DNA from: Kondoa subrosea
Lineage: Eukaryota
Direction: 5' to 3'
NCBI GenBank assembly: GCA_039545335.1
Contig: BCIN01000004.1
Location: forward strand, 1,230,925 to 1,294,924
Length of the DNA stretch: 64,000 nucleotides
Shown here: one piece after another, positions 49,839-63,868 of the stretch
Position numbering within the stretch: position 1 is the stretch's first letter
How the letters are laid out: each line of letters begins with the position of its first letter
Made by a program: the position numbers and the translations under genes
The notes under the pieces: model-generated
Database searches by the model: none
Told to the model about the DNA's origin: nothing
What the model saw: the letters and a program-made list of their open reading frames with translations, nothing else

Positions 49839-52800
49839 ATGCCTCACAATCGTGTTTCCAAGCACGACAATTACACAGATGGCAACCACGGAGGAAGGGA
49901 TTGGCTCGCGGATTCATTCGTTAGTTCCACTTTCGGCTTTAATCAGGGACTTCGCTCATGCTCTATAAACATAGGTTGGACAAGTCATCTACCGTACCTT
50001 CAAGCCCAAATGGTATCCGTAAGCTCTTGCGCTTTCCTTTCACTCGAAATCGGCTAAGTTGAAATCTCAACAAAACAGAGAAGAGCAAGAAGGTTTCGTG
50101 ATACCTGAGCGATACAGAAAGGCTACCGAGAACGAGAAGAATAAACCTCAAAGAACTGAGTCGCACAACTCAGCGGAAACTCTAGTCGAGCAGAACAATG
50201 GACAGAATGATGACGCGCAAAACCGCGATGAAGAACGGAGTTCGGACATCGAAAACCAAGGTCAGCAGAAGAAGAGTAAAGACGGTAAAGAAGAGAAAAA
50301 GGAAGAGAAGAAGCCTGAAGACGATCCCAACGTTGTCACTTGGTATTCTGATCATGAGTAAGCATAAAGTGCTATTATTTTGTTTCATGCTCATCTATTA
50401 CTTCAGCGCGGCGAACCCTCAGAATTGGAGTCTTCTGAAGAAATGTGTAATCAGTTAGTGCTCAATACCTCGCAAAGCCGTGCACTAATGCTCGCGCTTT
50501 AGCTGGTCAACTCTGTCTCTTGACTTTCAGTATCTATAGTACGGCTAATACCCCTTTATCTCGATACCTTTCTTACACATTTTTTCAGTCGGATCTGCCA
50601 TCTACTCGCCTGGTTATGCATCTCTCGAACGAGAATTCGGCATTTCCTCTACTTTGGCAACTCTCGGTCTTACACTTTTCGTCAGTAAGTAAATCCAGTT
50701 CTTTACGATTGGCCTTCACTGATTGTATGATATAGTTGGATATGCCATCGGCCCGTATGTCGCTGCTATGCGTGCAAGGTCGATGAAATGACTAATTTGA
50801 GTGTAGTCTGTTTCTTGCCGCACCTTCTGAAATTCCTCAAGTTGGTCGAAACCCGATTTACATCATTACTCTATTCCTTTTCGTCATCCTCCAGATTCCT
50901 TCCGCATTAGCAACCAACTTTGCTGGTCTTTTGGTCCTTCGTTTCCTTGCTGGTTTCATTGGATCGCCGGTGCTAGCGACAGGTGGTGCTTCTCTTTCTG
51001 ATGTTTTCCCTCCAAAGACAAGACCATACGCGATCGGTATCTGGGGTCTTTCTGCAATTCAAGGACCTGTTCTAGGTTCGTTGCTCTTTAATTAGCTAGT
51101 GAAAATTGCTTATCAATTCATTAGGTCCTTTGCTTGGTGGCTTCGCCATTCAAGCTAAGGGTTGGCGATGGGTGAGCAGTTGAGCATTTCCGCTTTGAAC
51201 GCAACTTAACCGGTTCCTTAGGCTTTCTGGATTCTGCTCTGTAAGCAAAACTGAATAGTTAGTGAAGATCGCGCTAACTCAATTTCAAGGGTTGGACGGC
51301 GCGTGCCTCATCGCTTTGATGTTCACCATGCCTGAAACTTCAAGTGCTAACATCCTGACTCGAAGAGCTCAACGTCTGCGCAAATTGACCGGAAATGACA
51401 AACTTAGAAGTCAAGCTGAAATCGACGGCGCGAAAATGAAGCCAAAGGACATGGTCTACATGTCTTTGGTTAGACCCTTTGTATTGATATTCACAGGCAA
51501 GTCGCTTCCCTTTCAGTAGCAACTCCATTCGCTCATGTTTACGCTTCTTGACTGCCACAGAACCTATTTGTCTTGCTCTGCATCTTTACATGTTCGTATT
51601 CTCCCCTTCCTCATCTGTCTAAAGCTGACCGTTCAAATTAGTGGTCTTGTTTACTCTATTCTATACGCTTTCATTGAAAGTTTCTCTTTGGTGTAAGCTC
51701 AACAGAGCACGTCGCGTTCCCTGTCTCACTTCGTTCTAGCTTCACCGAAATGTATGGGTTCAACCTTGGTAAGCTAATTTTTATTTCTGCGCAAAATCCG
51801 TACTTATTCTACTTGCAGGTGAAAACGGTCTGAGTTATAGTAAATTTCTTGCCATTCCATAGCGGAATGCAAGCTAATCCGTTCTGCAGTGGGACTTTTC
51901 GTTGGTGCAATCTTTGCAGTGCGTACTTTTCCAATGCCTTCTGAGACGGGTCTGACCTTTGTGACCATTTTAGTATGCTGGTTTCTGCATCTACAACTAC
52001 AAAGTCACGATTCCCCAATTCAGAGATGGTGGAGGTGATATTGCTCCTGAAGAACGTCTGCCAATCGCTATTGTTGGATCAATCTTCCTGCCTATCTGTG
52101 TAAGCCCTGTGCCACTCTGCGGTTACATGTATGCTTATTTTTCGAGCTAGCTCTTCTGGTTCGGTATGTCTTCCTTGGCAACTCATCGCTTTCCTTGACT
52201 TACAGACTGTTCTGTAGGCTGGACAGCTAACCCTTCTATCCACTGGATTGTACCTTTGATCGGAACTGCCTTCTTCTCGTAAGTTGGCGTTCTTCGCTAT
52301 AGCCACACAAGGCTGATTCCTTTTGGCTAGACCCGGCGCCTTCTTGCTTTTCCAATCTGTACTTAACTAGTAGGTGTATCTATACGATCTCGTAAGCTCT
52401 GGCTTATTGTTTCCAGTCTTGGCGATGCATACCCTACCGATGCAGCTGCTGTTTGTATGTTATGCCGCCCACACTCTGTTGCTTTTACTGACAAAAGTAT
52501 AGATGCCGGTAACGATTTCGTCAGATCTTGCATGGGTGGTGTATTCCCAATCTTCTCCATTGCCCTTTTCCGCAACCTTGGACATGGAGGTATGTTTTAT
52601 TTTCGTGACCTACAGAGTAGAATCTGACCCTTTGTGTAGTCGCCTGGGGTTCTACTCTACTCGGCTGCCTCACTCTTCTCTTTGTCCCTATCCCAATCGT
52701 GAGCCGACTTGATTCATTGTAGTGCTTTGGCTCATTTGTCATTCTTCAGCTGCTTTACAAGTTTGGTCGCAAGTTGCGCATGCGCAGCAAGAAGTGAGGA

Positions 52801-52860
52801 TCTTTTCGTCGGTTGACTGCTCTTACTGACGTATTTTACAGCGCTCGACACGACATCTAA
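49839..52860 (+). CDS. MFS drug:H+ antiporter, DHA1 family (Flr1/Tpo1/Caf5-like)
   Basis: DPNVVTW...NPQNWS, SEIPQVGRNP, LRFLAGFIGSP, MPETS, PEERL, GNDFVRS. About 20 exons. Confidence 0.9.
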
Positions 52861-53101
52861 AGGCAAAACTGAATTAATCGCCTCGTTCCTCTCAATGTCA
52901 AATACTGTACAAAGGCACACTTTTAGACGATCACTCTCTCACTGTACATAGCTTAAATAACACAATTATATATAATAGTAATGCTCTAGAATTTCAACCC
53001 ACGGACTTTCGCGACGTCACTGCCTCTTCTCTTACCAACCAGTCCTTTGGACATAGCTTACATCTCACTCGCCCTCGCCAACAGTCAAAACCTCGCCCAA
53101 T

Positions 53102-54114
53102 ATGGCTCTCTATATGATGGTACGCCTGTCTGCTCGGAAACGTCGCGCAAAAGTCTTTGGATGCTAACATTTGGGGTATCTAGATTGTCTTCAATCTCCT
53201 TATCCTGGAGAGTGCGTGCTCTTCTATCTCAACATATCACATGGAGGTGCTGATGCGTTGCGCTGTTCCAGTGATTCTGTTCTGCAGCTTCATCGTTTGT
53301 TTCCTGCTCCTGAAGTCGGAGGGTCCTGGCTAATCAGTCGCGAACTTCTATAGGTCCCTATGCCTTTTGCTATGAGAAGGCGAATGTTCAAATTCATGTA
53401 TGTCTCCTCTTGACCTATTGGATTGCGCTTTGACACGTAAAGCTTTCAATAGCTCCGAGAGTCCTACAGTGCGCAGCACAATGCTTTTCGGGTGTACAAG
53501 TGTGCTCATTGAATGAAAATAGATCGCTCGTCTGCAATATGGGTTGAAGATAATGTTCTTATTCGTCGGTGTACTCTTTGTCGGTTAGTCGTCTTGCCAT
53601 GCATTACTTTCTCTTTGATAGCCCATTGTCACAATACAGACGCTCTTCAACATATGATCAAAGTTCAACGCGAAGGTCAACTAGCTCGGGAGACTGGTAA
53701 CAGAATGGAAGTTCGCGCGGAAACAGATTGGCGAAGCAGGAAATTCCTCAGCGAACGCAACATGTACCTCACTGGATCTACTCTCTTCTTGTCACTTATC
53801 TTGACGCGGCAAGTTCCTATACTTGGGTGGGAAAGTTTGAGGATTGAAAGCTTATAACTTTCATTCAGTACTTATTATCTCATTCTCGAGTTGATCAAGG
53901 TAATCACACTATTCCGACTTTCTGGTCTAGAGCTAAAGAAGTTGATTGCCAGGCCCAAGAAGATGTCGAAAGCATTCGCAAACAATCTGGCGCTACTGGA
54001 AGATCCGACGCCGTCCTAGAAAAGAAGCTCAAGGCTTTGCAAGCGGATTACGATGCATTGGCCGCCAAACAAGGAAATGGTGTACAGTCTGCTGCTGTCA
54101 AGAAGGACATTTGA
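53102..54114 (+). CDS. BAP29/BAP31 (Yet-like) ER membrane protein
   Basis: KFLSERNMYLTGSTLFLSLIL signature, coiled coil, C-terminal KKDI* ER-retrieval signal. Confidence 0.92.
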
Positions 54115-54474
54115 GGCTGTGCTGAGAGTACGAGAAGCGAGGTATATGAAGAAGAAGAGCTATGCAATACATTACTAGAGTATCGACACTCTGTATTTGA
54201 ACATTAAGTTGGAGTGGATCCTTATCCTGCTTATCCTGCTTAAGTAAGTAGGCTTCTGCTCTGCCCCGCTTCCGTCGCTTTTTAGTGTTTCTGCCTTTAC
54301 CCCGTTGATGTTTTAAAATTGCTGTGTTATTGCTTCTTGTCTTGTCGTTTTGTCTTTGTGCTGTGTCTGGACGTCTGTCTGATTGGCGTCTGTCAGACTG
54401 TTTGCCAGGCTGTGCAAATAGCAGTCCCAACTCATTTCACTCCAAAGGTTTTCTTGATCTTGCTCAGAGAAAAG

Positions 54475-56153
54475 ATGGATAGCTTGACCATTCGCTATGT
54501 TGAAGACGCCGACGAAGAAGCGGTTGATGAGATTTATGACGAGTGTTTAGCAGCACGACCGGATTCAAAAGGCTTCTTTGAAGTACAATTGTACCAGGCC
54601 TTGGTCCCGGAGACGCAAGCTGTTCTGAAGAGCAGCGGTTGGCCTATTCTGGTTGCCCTACGCGAAGGCTCAATAGTGGGTTTTGGAACCCTCATGGGGC
54701 AAGACTTTTGGTACCCGACTCGTGAGAACCCTCAGTAAGCTCTTCCATGGTACAAGAGGTCGAGGCTCATCGTCAAGTAAGCGTTGCGGAGATCATAGTT
54801 ATGGTCAAACCAGCGGTACACCGGCAGGCGGTTGCCAGTCGACTTTGGAAAGCTCTGATGGAAGACCCTCTCACTAGAGCCAAGCAGCTTCACGTCATAT
54901 ATGGTACGTCTGATAAGGCTTTTCTCTGCAATGCCACTGACTATTGTATTATTAGCGAGAACGCCTATGACCAATGGTATGGCGATAGTCCTCCTTCGAT
55001 AGGTATTTGAGCTAACCTCAATATTACTGTGCACAGTGGCTTCGATCAATGCCTGTCTCAAGGCTCGATTTCGCGGCGTCGGACAACTCTCATCATCTTA
55101 CCTCTTCAAAGACAAAGTCTTCGACATGTTATACTTTGAGAAGACTGTTGGTGTTGGTCTATCTCCCTTTGGTATCCACCACGTTGCTAAAAGTAGCTCT
55201 AGCCTAGGCCCGGTGTTAGCGAGCGAGGATGGCCCAGACCCTTTCCTGGCGGTCTTGCTTTTGAGAAGATCCTGTCCAAGATCGATGCGGGCACCTTGGA
55301 GTACAGCATTGACGCTGAAGCATCCTCACGCGTGCTGAGTCATTATCTGGTATGGCCTGGATACTGCAAGCCCCATCTCTCTTATTTCAATTCAGATTGC
55401 TCAAACTCTATGGCCTCCTCGGATGGTCGCGAATTCACTCAAGGAATGGCAAATTCTACGCACTCGCATGATAGACAACAAATCACTCCAACTCGTGATA
55501 CGCGATCCTCAATCCAATGAATACGTTGGTCGTGCCGGATTCAGGCGCTGGCACTATCTACCTTACGTCGAGAGAACGGTATTGTGAGCTTGCTTCTTGA
55601 GTCTTCCATCGTGATATTCTGTCTGAAGCAATCTGCCTAATAGATTCGGTCTGTTTTTCATGGAAATTCCAGAGCAGATCAAAACAGCAAGTGTGGTCAG
55701 CAAAGTCTGGTCCATGCTCTTGGAAGCAAACGAGCAATTGCGTGACTTGAGATTCAGTCAAGTGTTCAGTGAGCTTGACTCAGCTATTGAAAAGAAGACA
55801 GGACTGATTGCCTTAGCCATCATTCCGATGGAAGATTTGGTCCTACGTCGCATTCTCGAAGATGAGCTCGGCTTCACTAGAGCCTTTACTGAGGCGAGTA
55901 GCCCCAGCGTATGCTTGCAAGAGCTTACAGACGCGAAACGCACAAACAGACAGGTCAGTATATCAAGTTTGGTCAATTTCATTCCACCATTGCACACCAG
56001 AAATTCCTGGGCACCGCCCGTATGTCACGCGAAGAGCTGAAGCGCTTCCACCGCGCCTCCGTCGGGTTGCCGACCTTCGACTGGGACGAATACTTCCGCT
56101 CAGCTGAAACCGAATCATGGAAGCAATGGTTGCTAGGCAAGCTGAAATTGTGA
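54475..56153 (+). CDS. Protein with divergent N-terminal GNAT (Pat/YncA-like) domain and unknown C-terminal region
   Basis: LTIRYVEDADEEAVDEIY, WPILVA...IVGFG, IMVKPAVHRQAVASRL, ASINAC..ARFRGVG...FKDKVFDMLYFEK follow the phosphinothricin-acetyltransferase-type pattern. The 3' part is uncertain. Confidence 0.6.
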
Positions 56154-56543
56154 TGATCCAGTCATGTTGTAGTATGATGGCTACGGCTCTTCGGGTTCTG
56201 TTCGAGTATTGTGATTGCTGTATTGTGCTTGAGTGTTAGCTTTCGAGACCACGGGAAAAGCTGCCAGTGAATGCACAAGCTAGAGAGAGAGAGAGTTTTG
56301 TGGTACAGACATTAGGCAGAGCAGGACACGAGATGGACCGGGATAAGTGACAACACGCGGCGGAAACATGTAGAGACAATACGGAGCTGATCTGAGAGTC
56401 TTTCGGACGGATCAAAGCAGCATGACAGAGAGCTTCGAGTTCAGCAATCGCTTATCACGCCCCTACAATAGCAGACATAATTTCGCAGAGGCAAACTCGA
56501 AGAGTGCCAACAAATTTGTTTTTTCAGATACAGCCAGAGCGAT

Positions 56544-59258
56544 ATGGCTAGTAGAAAGGCTCCTGTACGTGTTCTCTTCGTAAAGTATCACAGGCTCCTT
56601 AAGTCGAGCGTAACAGCTTGGAATCGAAGATATTCTCAAGAAACGAAAAGAAGACCAGGATGCGGCAGCAAAGGTGAGCAGATGTCTGGTTTCAAATGAT
56701 GATACTTAAGGACCTGTAACAGCCAATGTTCCTGTCGAAGAAGGACAGAGCTACTCAAGCATTGGCTAAACGACAGTCTGAGATAGAAAGGCAACGAAAC
56801 AAAGAAGCTGAAGCCGCTCAATCGAGGCTAGAGTTGCAGTATCAGCTGCGAGCGAACTCTAGCATTGCACCTCCTTCTTCTTCTTCTGTTAACGAGACTC
56901 CCTTTCGTTCTGCACTGTCTTCCTCTCAGTCTTCTCAATCTCGCAATGATTCTGGCAACCGACACGAGCTGCCAAATAACACACCTACTGGGCCTCGAGC
57001 TCAACGGAACGGTAACAACAGGACAAGCAATGATTCGCCTTCTTACCCTGCTCCTCCTTTGCCTTATGATATGCCACCACCTCCTCCTCCCCCAATGAAA
57101 GATCTTCCACCACCTCCACCAGTCGATATATCCTCAGCGATGAGCAAGAAACGATCACTAAACGAATACGAAGCACCTTCAGAATTGATCTCCTCTCAAT
57201 ATTCCATGCCAGTAGTGGATGATCTGCTTCTCAAAACTCGGTATTTGGGTGCTAACAACGATAAGAAACGGAAAGTCAGGAAACAATCGGATAAGAAGTT
57301 TGTTTTCGATTGGGATAAAACAGACGATACGGGTGCAACTGAATTTGATCCTCTTTACAAATCTGGCATTGAAGGAAGACAAGGAGTTGCTCCTGGTCAG
57401 CTGTATGGAAGAGGAAGGATAGCCGGGTTTGAGGTCAATACCGAGCAAGAAGACTATTATGGAAAGAATGGAATGCAAGTGGATGAGAAAGTTAAAGTTG
57501 AAGAAGGTGAAATGGTTCTTGCTGGTCCTTCTTTAGCAGCAGCAAGAGCAAGTCACAAGCGAGGTGCTCTGGACGACAGACATTGGTCTGATAAACCTTT
57601 GCAAGACATGAAGGAAAGAGATTGGCGAATTTTCAGGGAAGATTTCTCTATTGCTGCAAGAGGTGGTCAAATCCCTCATCCTTTGCGATCATGGAAAGAA
57701 TCTGCTATTCCGCCGCAAATCCTGGAAGTTATTGATTCGGTTGGCTACAAAGATCCAAGTCCGATTCAACGACAAGCTATTCCTATCGGATTGCAGAATC
57801 GAGATTTGATAGGTATAGCAGAAACAGGTTCGCACTTTCATTTGATGCATTACTTTGACAAGCTGATTGTGATATGAACAGGGTCTGGTAAAACTGCTTC
57901 TTTCCTGATACCCATGCTGGATTATATCGGTCGCCTGCCTCCAATGACGGACGAAAACAGTCATCTTGGACCATATGCTCTTATTATGGCACCCACACGT
58001 GAACTAGCTCAACAGATTGAATCGGAAACAGCCAAATTTGCAGCTACTTTAGGTTATCGGTCCGTATCCATTGTCGGTGGTAAATCCATCGAAGAACAGC
58101 AGCAACAACTTGAAAACGGTTGTGAAATCATCATTGCTACTGTTGGTCGATTGAAGGATATTATCGAAAGACATATCCTCGTTCTTGGTCAATGTACTTA
58201 TGTTATCATGGATGAAGCGGATCGAATGGTCGATTTGGGATTCGAAGCCGATATCAACTTCATCTTAGATGCGCTACCTTTGAGCAACCTCAAACCTGAT
58301 ACTGATGAAGCTGAGAATGGCGCAGCTATGACTCAGCCTATAGTCGGGCCAGATGGAAAAGAGACGCTGTACAGACAGACGGTATGCACACTCTCGCAAA
58401 GAGTACGACCTGATAGCTGACAAGTCTTGACAGGTCATGTTTTCTGCTACTATGCCTCCAGCTGTTGAACGTCTAGCAAGGAAATATATGCGTCGACCAG
58501 CGGTAGTTACCATTGGTGTAGCAGGTCAAGCGGTCGATACAGTCGAACAGAAAGTCGAATTCATTGGCAGTGATGATAAGAAGAAACAACGTCTTATCGA
58601 AATCCTCAATACTGAAATGTTTGCTCCGCCCATCATTGTATTCGTCAACCAGAAGAGAACGGCAGATCAACTGGCGAAGGATGTCAATCGTGCCAGAGTA
58701 AGCCTATGAGCTTATTTCATGCTATGTAGCGGAGCTGAGCATGCGATAATAGTGGCGAGCGACTACTTTACATTCGGACAAGAATCAAGAACAAAGAGAA
58801 GCAGCCTTGGCCAGTCTACGAAGCGGCGAATCAGATGTGTTGGTCGCTACGGATTTGGCTGGTCGTGGTATCGATGTGCCGGACGTTTCGCTCGTTGTCA
58901 ACTATCAAATGGCGAAGGATATTGAATCCTATGTTCATCGTATTGGTGCGTTGCTGAGATTCTGGAATTGACGACGACGTTAATGCTGTGATACAGGTCG
59001 TACGGGTCGTGCGGGCAAACAAGGAACTGCAATCACCTTCTTACATAATGAATTGGATGCGGATACAATGTATGATCTCAAGCAAGAGATAATGTACGTG
59101 CTTGTCATCTTCCTTGATGAATTGCAGCTTATTACGACTACAGGAAATCCAAGATCAGCAAAGCTCCTACTGAACTTATTCGACATCCAGCTGCGGCTTC
59201 GAAGATGTCAAGGGAGATGCGAAAGCAATTGGCTGAGAACGAAGGGGCAGAAGTATGA
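56544..59258 (+). CDS. PRP28: DEAD-box splicing helicase Prp28 (DDX23)
   Basis: [62 protein letters not shown]. Confidence 0.97.
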
Positions 59259-59418
59259 TACTCTTTGCTGTAGCCATCTACAGCCATGGAAGCATTTTCG
59301 CGTGTGCGATCCATGATAGGATTCCGAACTTGCACTCTGTCGACCGTTACATATCCGCTTAACTAAGACTTTGTAGCAAGCACGCTCGTTTAGTGTCAGA
59401 GTAGAATTTAAGGGCAGC

Positions 59419-60413
59419 ATGTCTGGAATCTGCAAAGCTCGTTTGGGAGAAGAAAGAAAACAATGGCGAAAGGTGAATCTACTCGAAATGTGCAGCAAGA
59501 CCAGCTGGCTGATCTGGCTGAGTCATAGGATCATCCATATGTATGCTCTGATCCTATCTCGGTACTCAGAAGCCTGAGGTATTGGCAAATAGGGCTTTTA
59601 CGCGAAACCTCAGAAGGATGGAGACTCGCTCAATCTACTGGTATGGGATGTAGGAATACCAGGCAAAGAAGGTGTAAGTCCCAGCGATCGATGAATGCCT
59701 GCTTGAAGCTGAATCTGCCGTCACAGACTCCCTGGGAGAATGGTGTGTACAAAGTTCAAATGCAATTCCCTGAAGGTATGCTATCTTCTATTGCTTGTAG
59801 GTTATACTGATAGCATTGCTAGATTATCCATCGAAGCCGCCGAAGTGTAAGCCTCTATGTTCGATTGCGATCTCGGGTGTTCTCTGACTCGCGTTCAAGG
59901 CAAATTCGTCCCTCCTCGTAAGCCAGACTTTCGCGTCTCGATATTTGCTGATTGAAAGGGTAGTCTATCATCCTAATGTCTACCCGTCCGGCACTATCTG
60001 TCTAAGTATCTTGAACGAAGAAAAGAGTTGGAAACCAGCTATCACGCTCAAACAGGTAAGCAGGATATCCGGTCTGATCGCACAAGCGTTGGCTGATGTA
60101 TGACTGCAGATTGTTCTGGGAATACAGGATCTGCTCAACAACCCAAACGCCGATGACCCGTATGTCTTTCTTTATACTAGTTTCTCCTTTGCTGACGTTC
60201 GTGAAACCTAAGAGCACAAACAGAAGCATACACTTTGTTCAAGTACGTTGACTACAGTATACCTCTGCAATCACTGATCTGCTTGTCGTCGCAGAAAGGA
60301 CAAAGACGCCTACGAGTGAGTTCTGTTCCTTCTGATGATGGAAGACATGCTGATGATACGTAAATAGACGCAAGATCAGACAAGTCGCTCGAGAGAACGC
60401 CAAGGGCAATTGA
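59419..60413 (+). CDS. UBC9: SUMO-conjugating enzyme Ubc9
   Basis: [44 protein letters not shown], about 12 very short exons. Confidence 0.97.
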
Positions 60414-60707
60414 GTAGCTCTGAGCATTGTATTTCGCTTTCATTTTCCTTATGAGTTTTGTAATGGTTGTTCGCCTTTCAGCCTGCAGCTACACCTGTCA
60501 CTCGTATGGCTTCCTTCCTTCTGCTGTTGTGGCTCGTCTTCGAGTCAGATTTGCCCAATGCTTGTTACTGCTCATGAGCTCTCATACGCAAGTTGGTCTT
60601 TTTTTTCGTGTCTCTTCAACATTCCTTTGCTGTTATCTCTGCGACTCGGCCCGTAAATTGTTCAACGCAGAAGACGCCCATTACATATTTGGCTTGTGCT
60701 CCAGATT

Positions 60708-62296
60708 TCACTGACTCTCTACCGAAAACGATACATCTTCCACCGGCGAATCAGTCAGGGGAAGGAAGAGTATGCTATGTGAGTTTAATCTCGTATTTGA
60801 GAAGCAAGAAGCAGAACGACAAGGTTGTAGAGGAACGACAAAGGCGTAGAGGGGGATAAGTAGAAGTTTCGACAAGCTCATAAGCGAAGCCGTTTCTGTT
60901 GAATAGCAGGACGGAAAAAACATTGCGCGGTCTGTTGTTCCCGTTTCGGTATATGTTCTAGATTGTCCATTGCATGTATGCAGACTAATGACTATTGTTT
61001 GCAAGAGACGCGATCTACTGGATTCTTTGAAAGAATCCATCGTACACATACCCGTCTTCAACACCAACTCTGGGCACCCATTGCCAATGCCAATCGTAGT
61101 GAGGATGACCTGCATCTGCGTGAAATATTGGACCTACCAATTGACCTTTCTTAGGGCCAGGTTCTTTGAGCTTGAAAGAATCTTTATATCTTCCCTGGTT
61201 ACTTAACACCGAGAACAATGACAGGAGTGGTTTGGTACTGTCTGACTGCCATAATAACCCATAGTGCTCAGCCTGAAAGAACGATATATCAACAGGCAAT
61301 TTTGCTTGTTGATATAGCCTACGGCATCGCCTAAAGCCTTTATCGAGTGCACTTGCGGAGCTTGAAGCACTTTTATAGGATTAACATGCGATCTATCCGG
61401 GTGCTGGTCAGGAAAACGACCTTGAATCGGTGCGGGCGGAAGATGAGGCGGCTCTGCATGAAGGCCAATGGGAACGAAGGCTTCGATATCTTTCTTGTAG
61501 TGGTACTGATATTGCTCGGATACGTTCATTGGACCTCGGAAATAGCTGCCATCAGCATATTCGCCCTCCTTCCAGTCAAAGGCTTGATGTTGAGAAGGGT
61601 TGTTGAGTACTCTCGATGGAGCGACGGCTTTGCTTTCGTTCTGGGCGCCGTGTAAATAATGCCATTCCAGCTTTAGCTTTGCAGCCTATACAAGAAGAGC
61701 TTTATTGTGGTACGAACATAATTTTGGCTCGACGTACAGCTTCATAGGCCTTCTTCCTTGACTTCGGGACATCAGCTGGCTGTAGATGTGCTACAGGTCG
61801 TAGGTTCATTGCACCATGATCGACCTGACCGAAGGTTCAGCGCGGTTCAATGTTGGGGAATAAATAAGTACCAGCGTGTGTGTAAAGCAAGGCTTGACGA
61901 AGCACTGTATGACAGATTATCAGTCAGCACAGTCCATATTGCTGCATCCAATCGTACCGTGTTCTCGATTAGGTCCCCGTTTACTGGTCGAAACCAGTCC
62001 GTTCCCGCACCATGACCCTTGTACGCATTGTGCATGGAGCCGCGCGATACGCATGATTGACAGAAACGTATGTCTTGCGTAGTGGTTAGGTCTACGAAAG
62101 TGCCTCGGATTCGTGCGCGCCATTTATCGGCGTCTTCAGCTCTTTCCTTTATGTTGTACAGCCACTCTCCAACATATCTACTAGGATACTGTCATCGCGT
62201 ATTAACAGCGTGTACTTTCTTAAGGCTTGGACTCACAGGTGACGCCTGACAATAATCCAAGAGAGGGTGTTCCGCTGTCGCGGGTTGGGCTGACAT
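60708..62296 (-). CDS. Hypothetical multi-exon protein
   Basis: Series of minus-strand open segments (61847-62035, 61203-61529, 61015-61299) with splice-like junctions. No family recognised; ends uncertain. Confidence 0.3.
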
Positions 62297-63257
62297 GACG
62301 GGCAAATGGGAATTCTGCGAGAGTAAAAGCTGATAAAGATAGTCGAGGACAGTTGTGATCTCGAGAGCAAGTAGTAAGCAGGAGAAAAATCGCCTAGGGT
62401 TCAATAAGCAGAGATGAAAACTTCTTGAATGGTTGAAAAGACAAGATGAGGTCAATCGAAGCCGACTATAGACGACGGGAAGATAGAGTACTGGCGACTG
62501 TGATATGAGATGAGGAACAGTACAGAAAGATGGTTTGGGAGAAGAAGAGAACCAGAAATCTATCGAGCTTTTTATGGGCGAAGCAGGCGATGCAGCGAAG
62601 GAGGCTTCGATTGCACGAACGCCAATAACTAATCGAAGCGCTCGCTCATGGACAGGCAGATCCAACTATCAGCAGATGCATTCCTTAGATATCGACTTGA
62701 CCAGAAAGACTTGAACAAAAGCAAAGATCGGAAGATCAAAGCGAGCGATACCTTCGATTGAGGTCATAGTATAACCATAGGGTGTGAGCTGCAGTTCTAT
62801 ATCAATTGGTGAGCAAAGTCTCTCCAGATGAACTCGGTCCACAATGCAGATCTTCAGCGCCTCCAGTACAGCCAACAAACAAACTGGGTTGAACGACGAG
62901 GAAAAGAGATAGATAGAAAGACTCTGGAACGAGGATACAATGGTCTCAATTGGTGCGAACGCAGACATGCCAGATGCGCGAAGTCACGATAGAATGAGAC
63001 CAGAAAAGGAAACAGGGGTACAACCTGATCTGCAAAGCAAAGCTAGACGAGAGCAGACTATCTCGCCTTACCAATGATCGTTCATGTCAAAGCTTGCGAT
63101 GAATTTCGTTCGAACGACTCCTCGAGATACGGCCAACCTGAAGCGATTCTGTCACGCAGCTAGCCTATTTGCAGCTTGAGCGTAATAAACCATAATCCTG
63201 TCGCTCTTCATTGGCCTTTCCCCGTAGAATCATCCTTGCATACAATTTCAAGAGAAG

Positions 63258-63868
63258 ATGGCAACTATCCCAGCTCGTTTGGCTCGAGTAACGCAGAGCT
63301 CAGGTGTGCTACGACTATAGAAGACCGTCTGGTCCAATCAGCTGATTCGGAAATGTAGGAACCTGGCCAATTGCCAAAGCTCGCTCAAGAGCTCTCTATC
63401 GCTCTTGGTTCCGTTCAGCACCAGAAATCACTATTCTCTACCCTATCAACTTACATCCTTCTAATATCAGAGCCAAAGTCAGACAGCAATTTGAGAGAAA
63501 TGCTAAAATCGATGATTTGGAAACGGTAGATGTGTTGCTGCTGAAAGGCCATCAAGAGTATCAGGAAACAATGAATGCTTGGAAGATGGACTCGTACGTT
63601 CTATCTAGACTCTCAATCTTGCTAAGACTGATATGTTGCATCAATGCGATTAGACATGTTATGCGTTGGTTCGCGGAGGAAGAAGCACCACCAAGGCCTG
63701 TTACTTTCTTAGACAAGGTGAGCGTCTTGAAATCTTTCATCTCAAAAGCACTGCTGAGCCTGTTCATCTAGTTCTACGCCGGCAGAGATGGTGATGAGGT
63801 AAATCTTAACCACTCTTCCTGTCATTCCGCATGCTAATGATTGAAAACAGCTTCTACCAGCACAGTAG
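63258..63868 (+). CDS. NDUFA6: Complex I LYR-family subunit NDUFA6 (B14/NB4M)
   Basis: ALYRSWFRSAPEI, IRAKVRQQFERN, DVLLLKGHQEYQETMNAWK, FLDK|FYAG. Confidence 0.95.
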
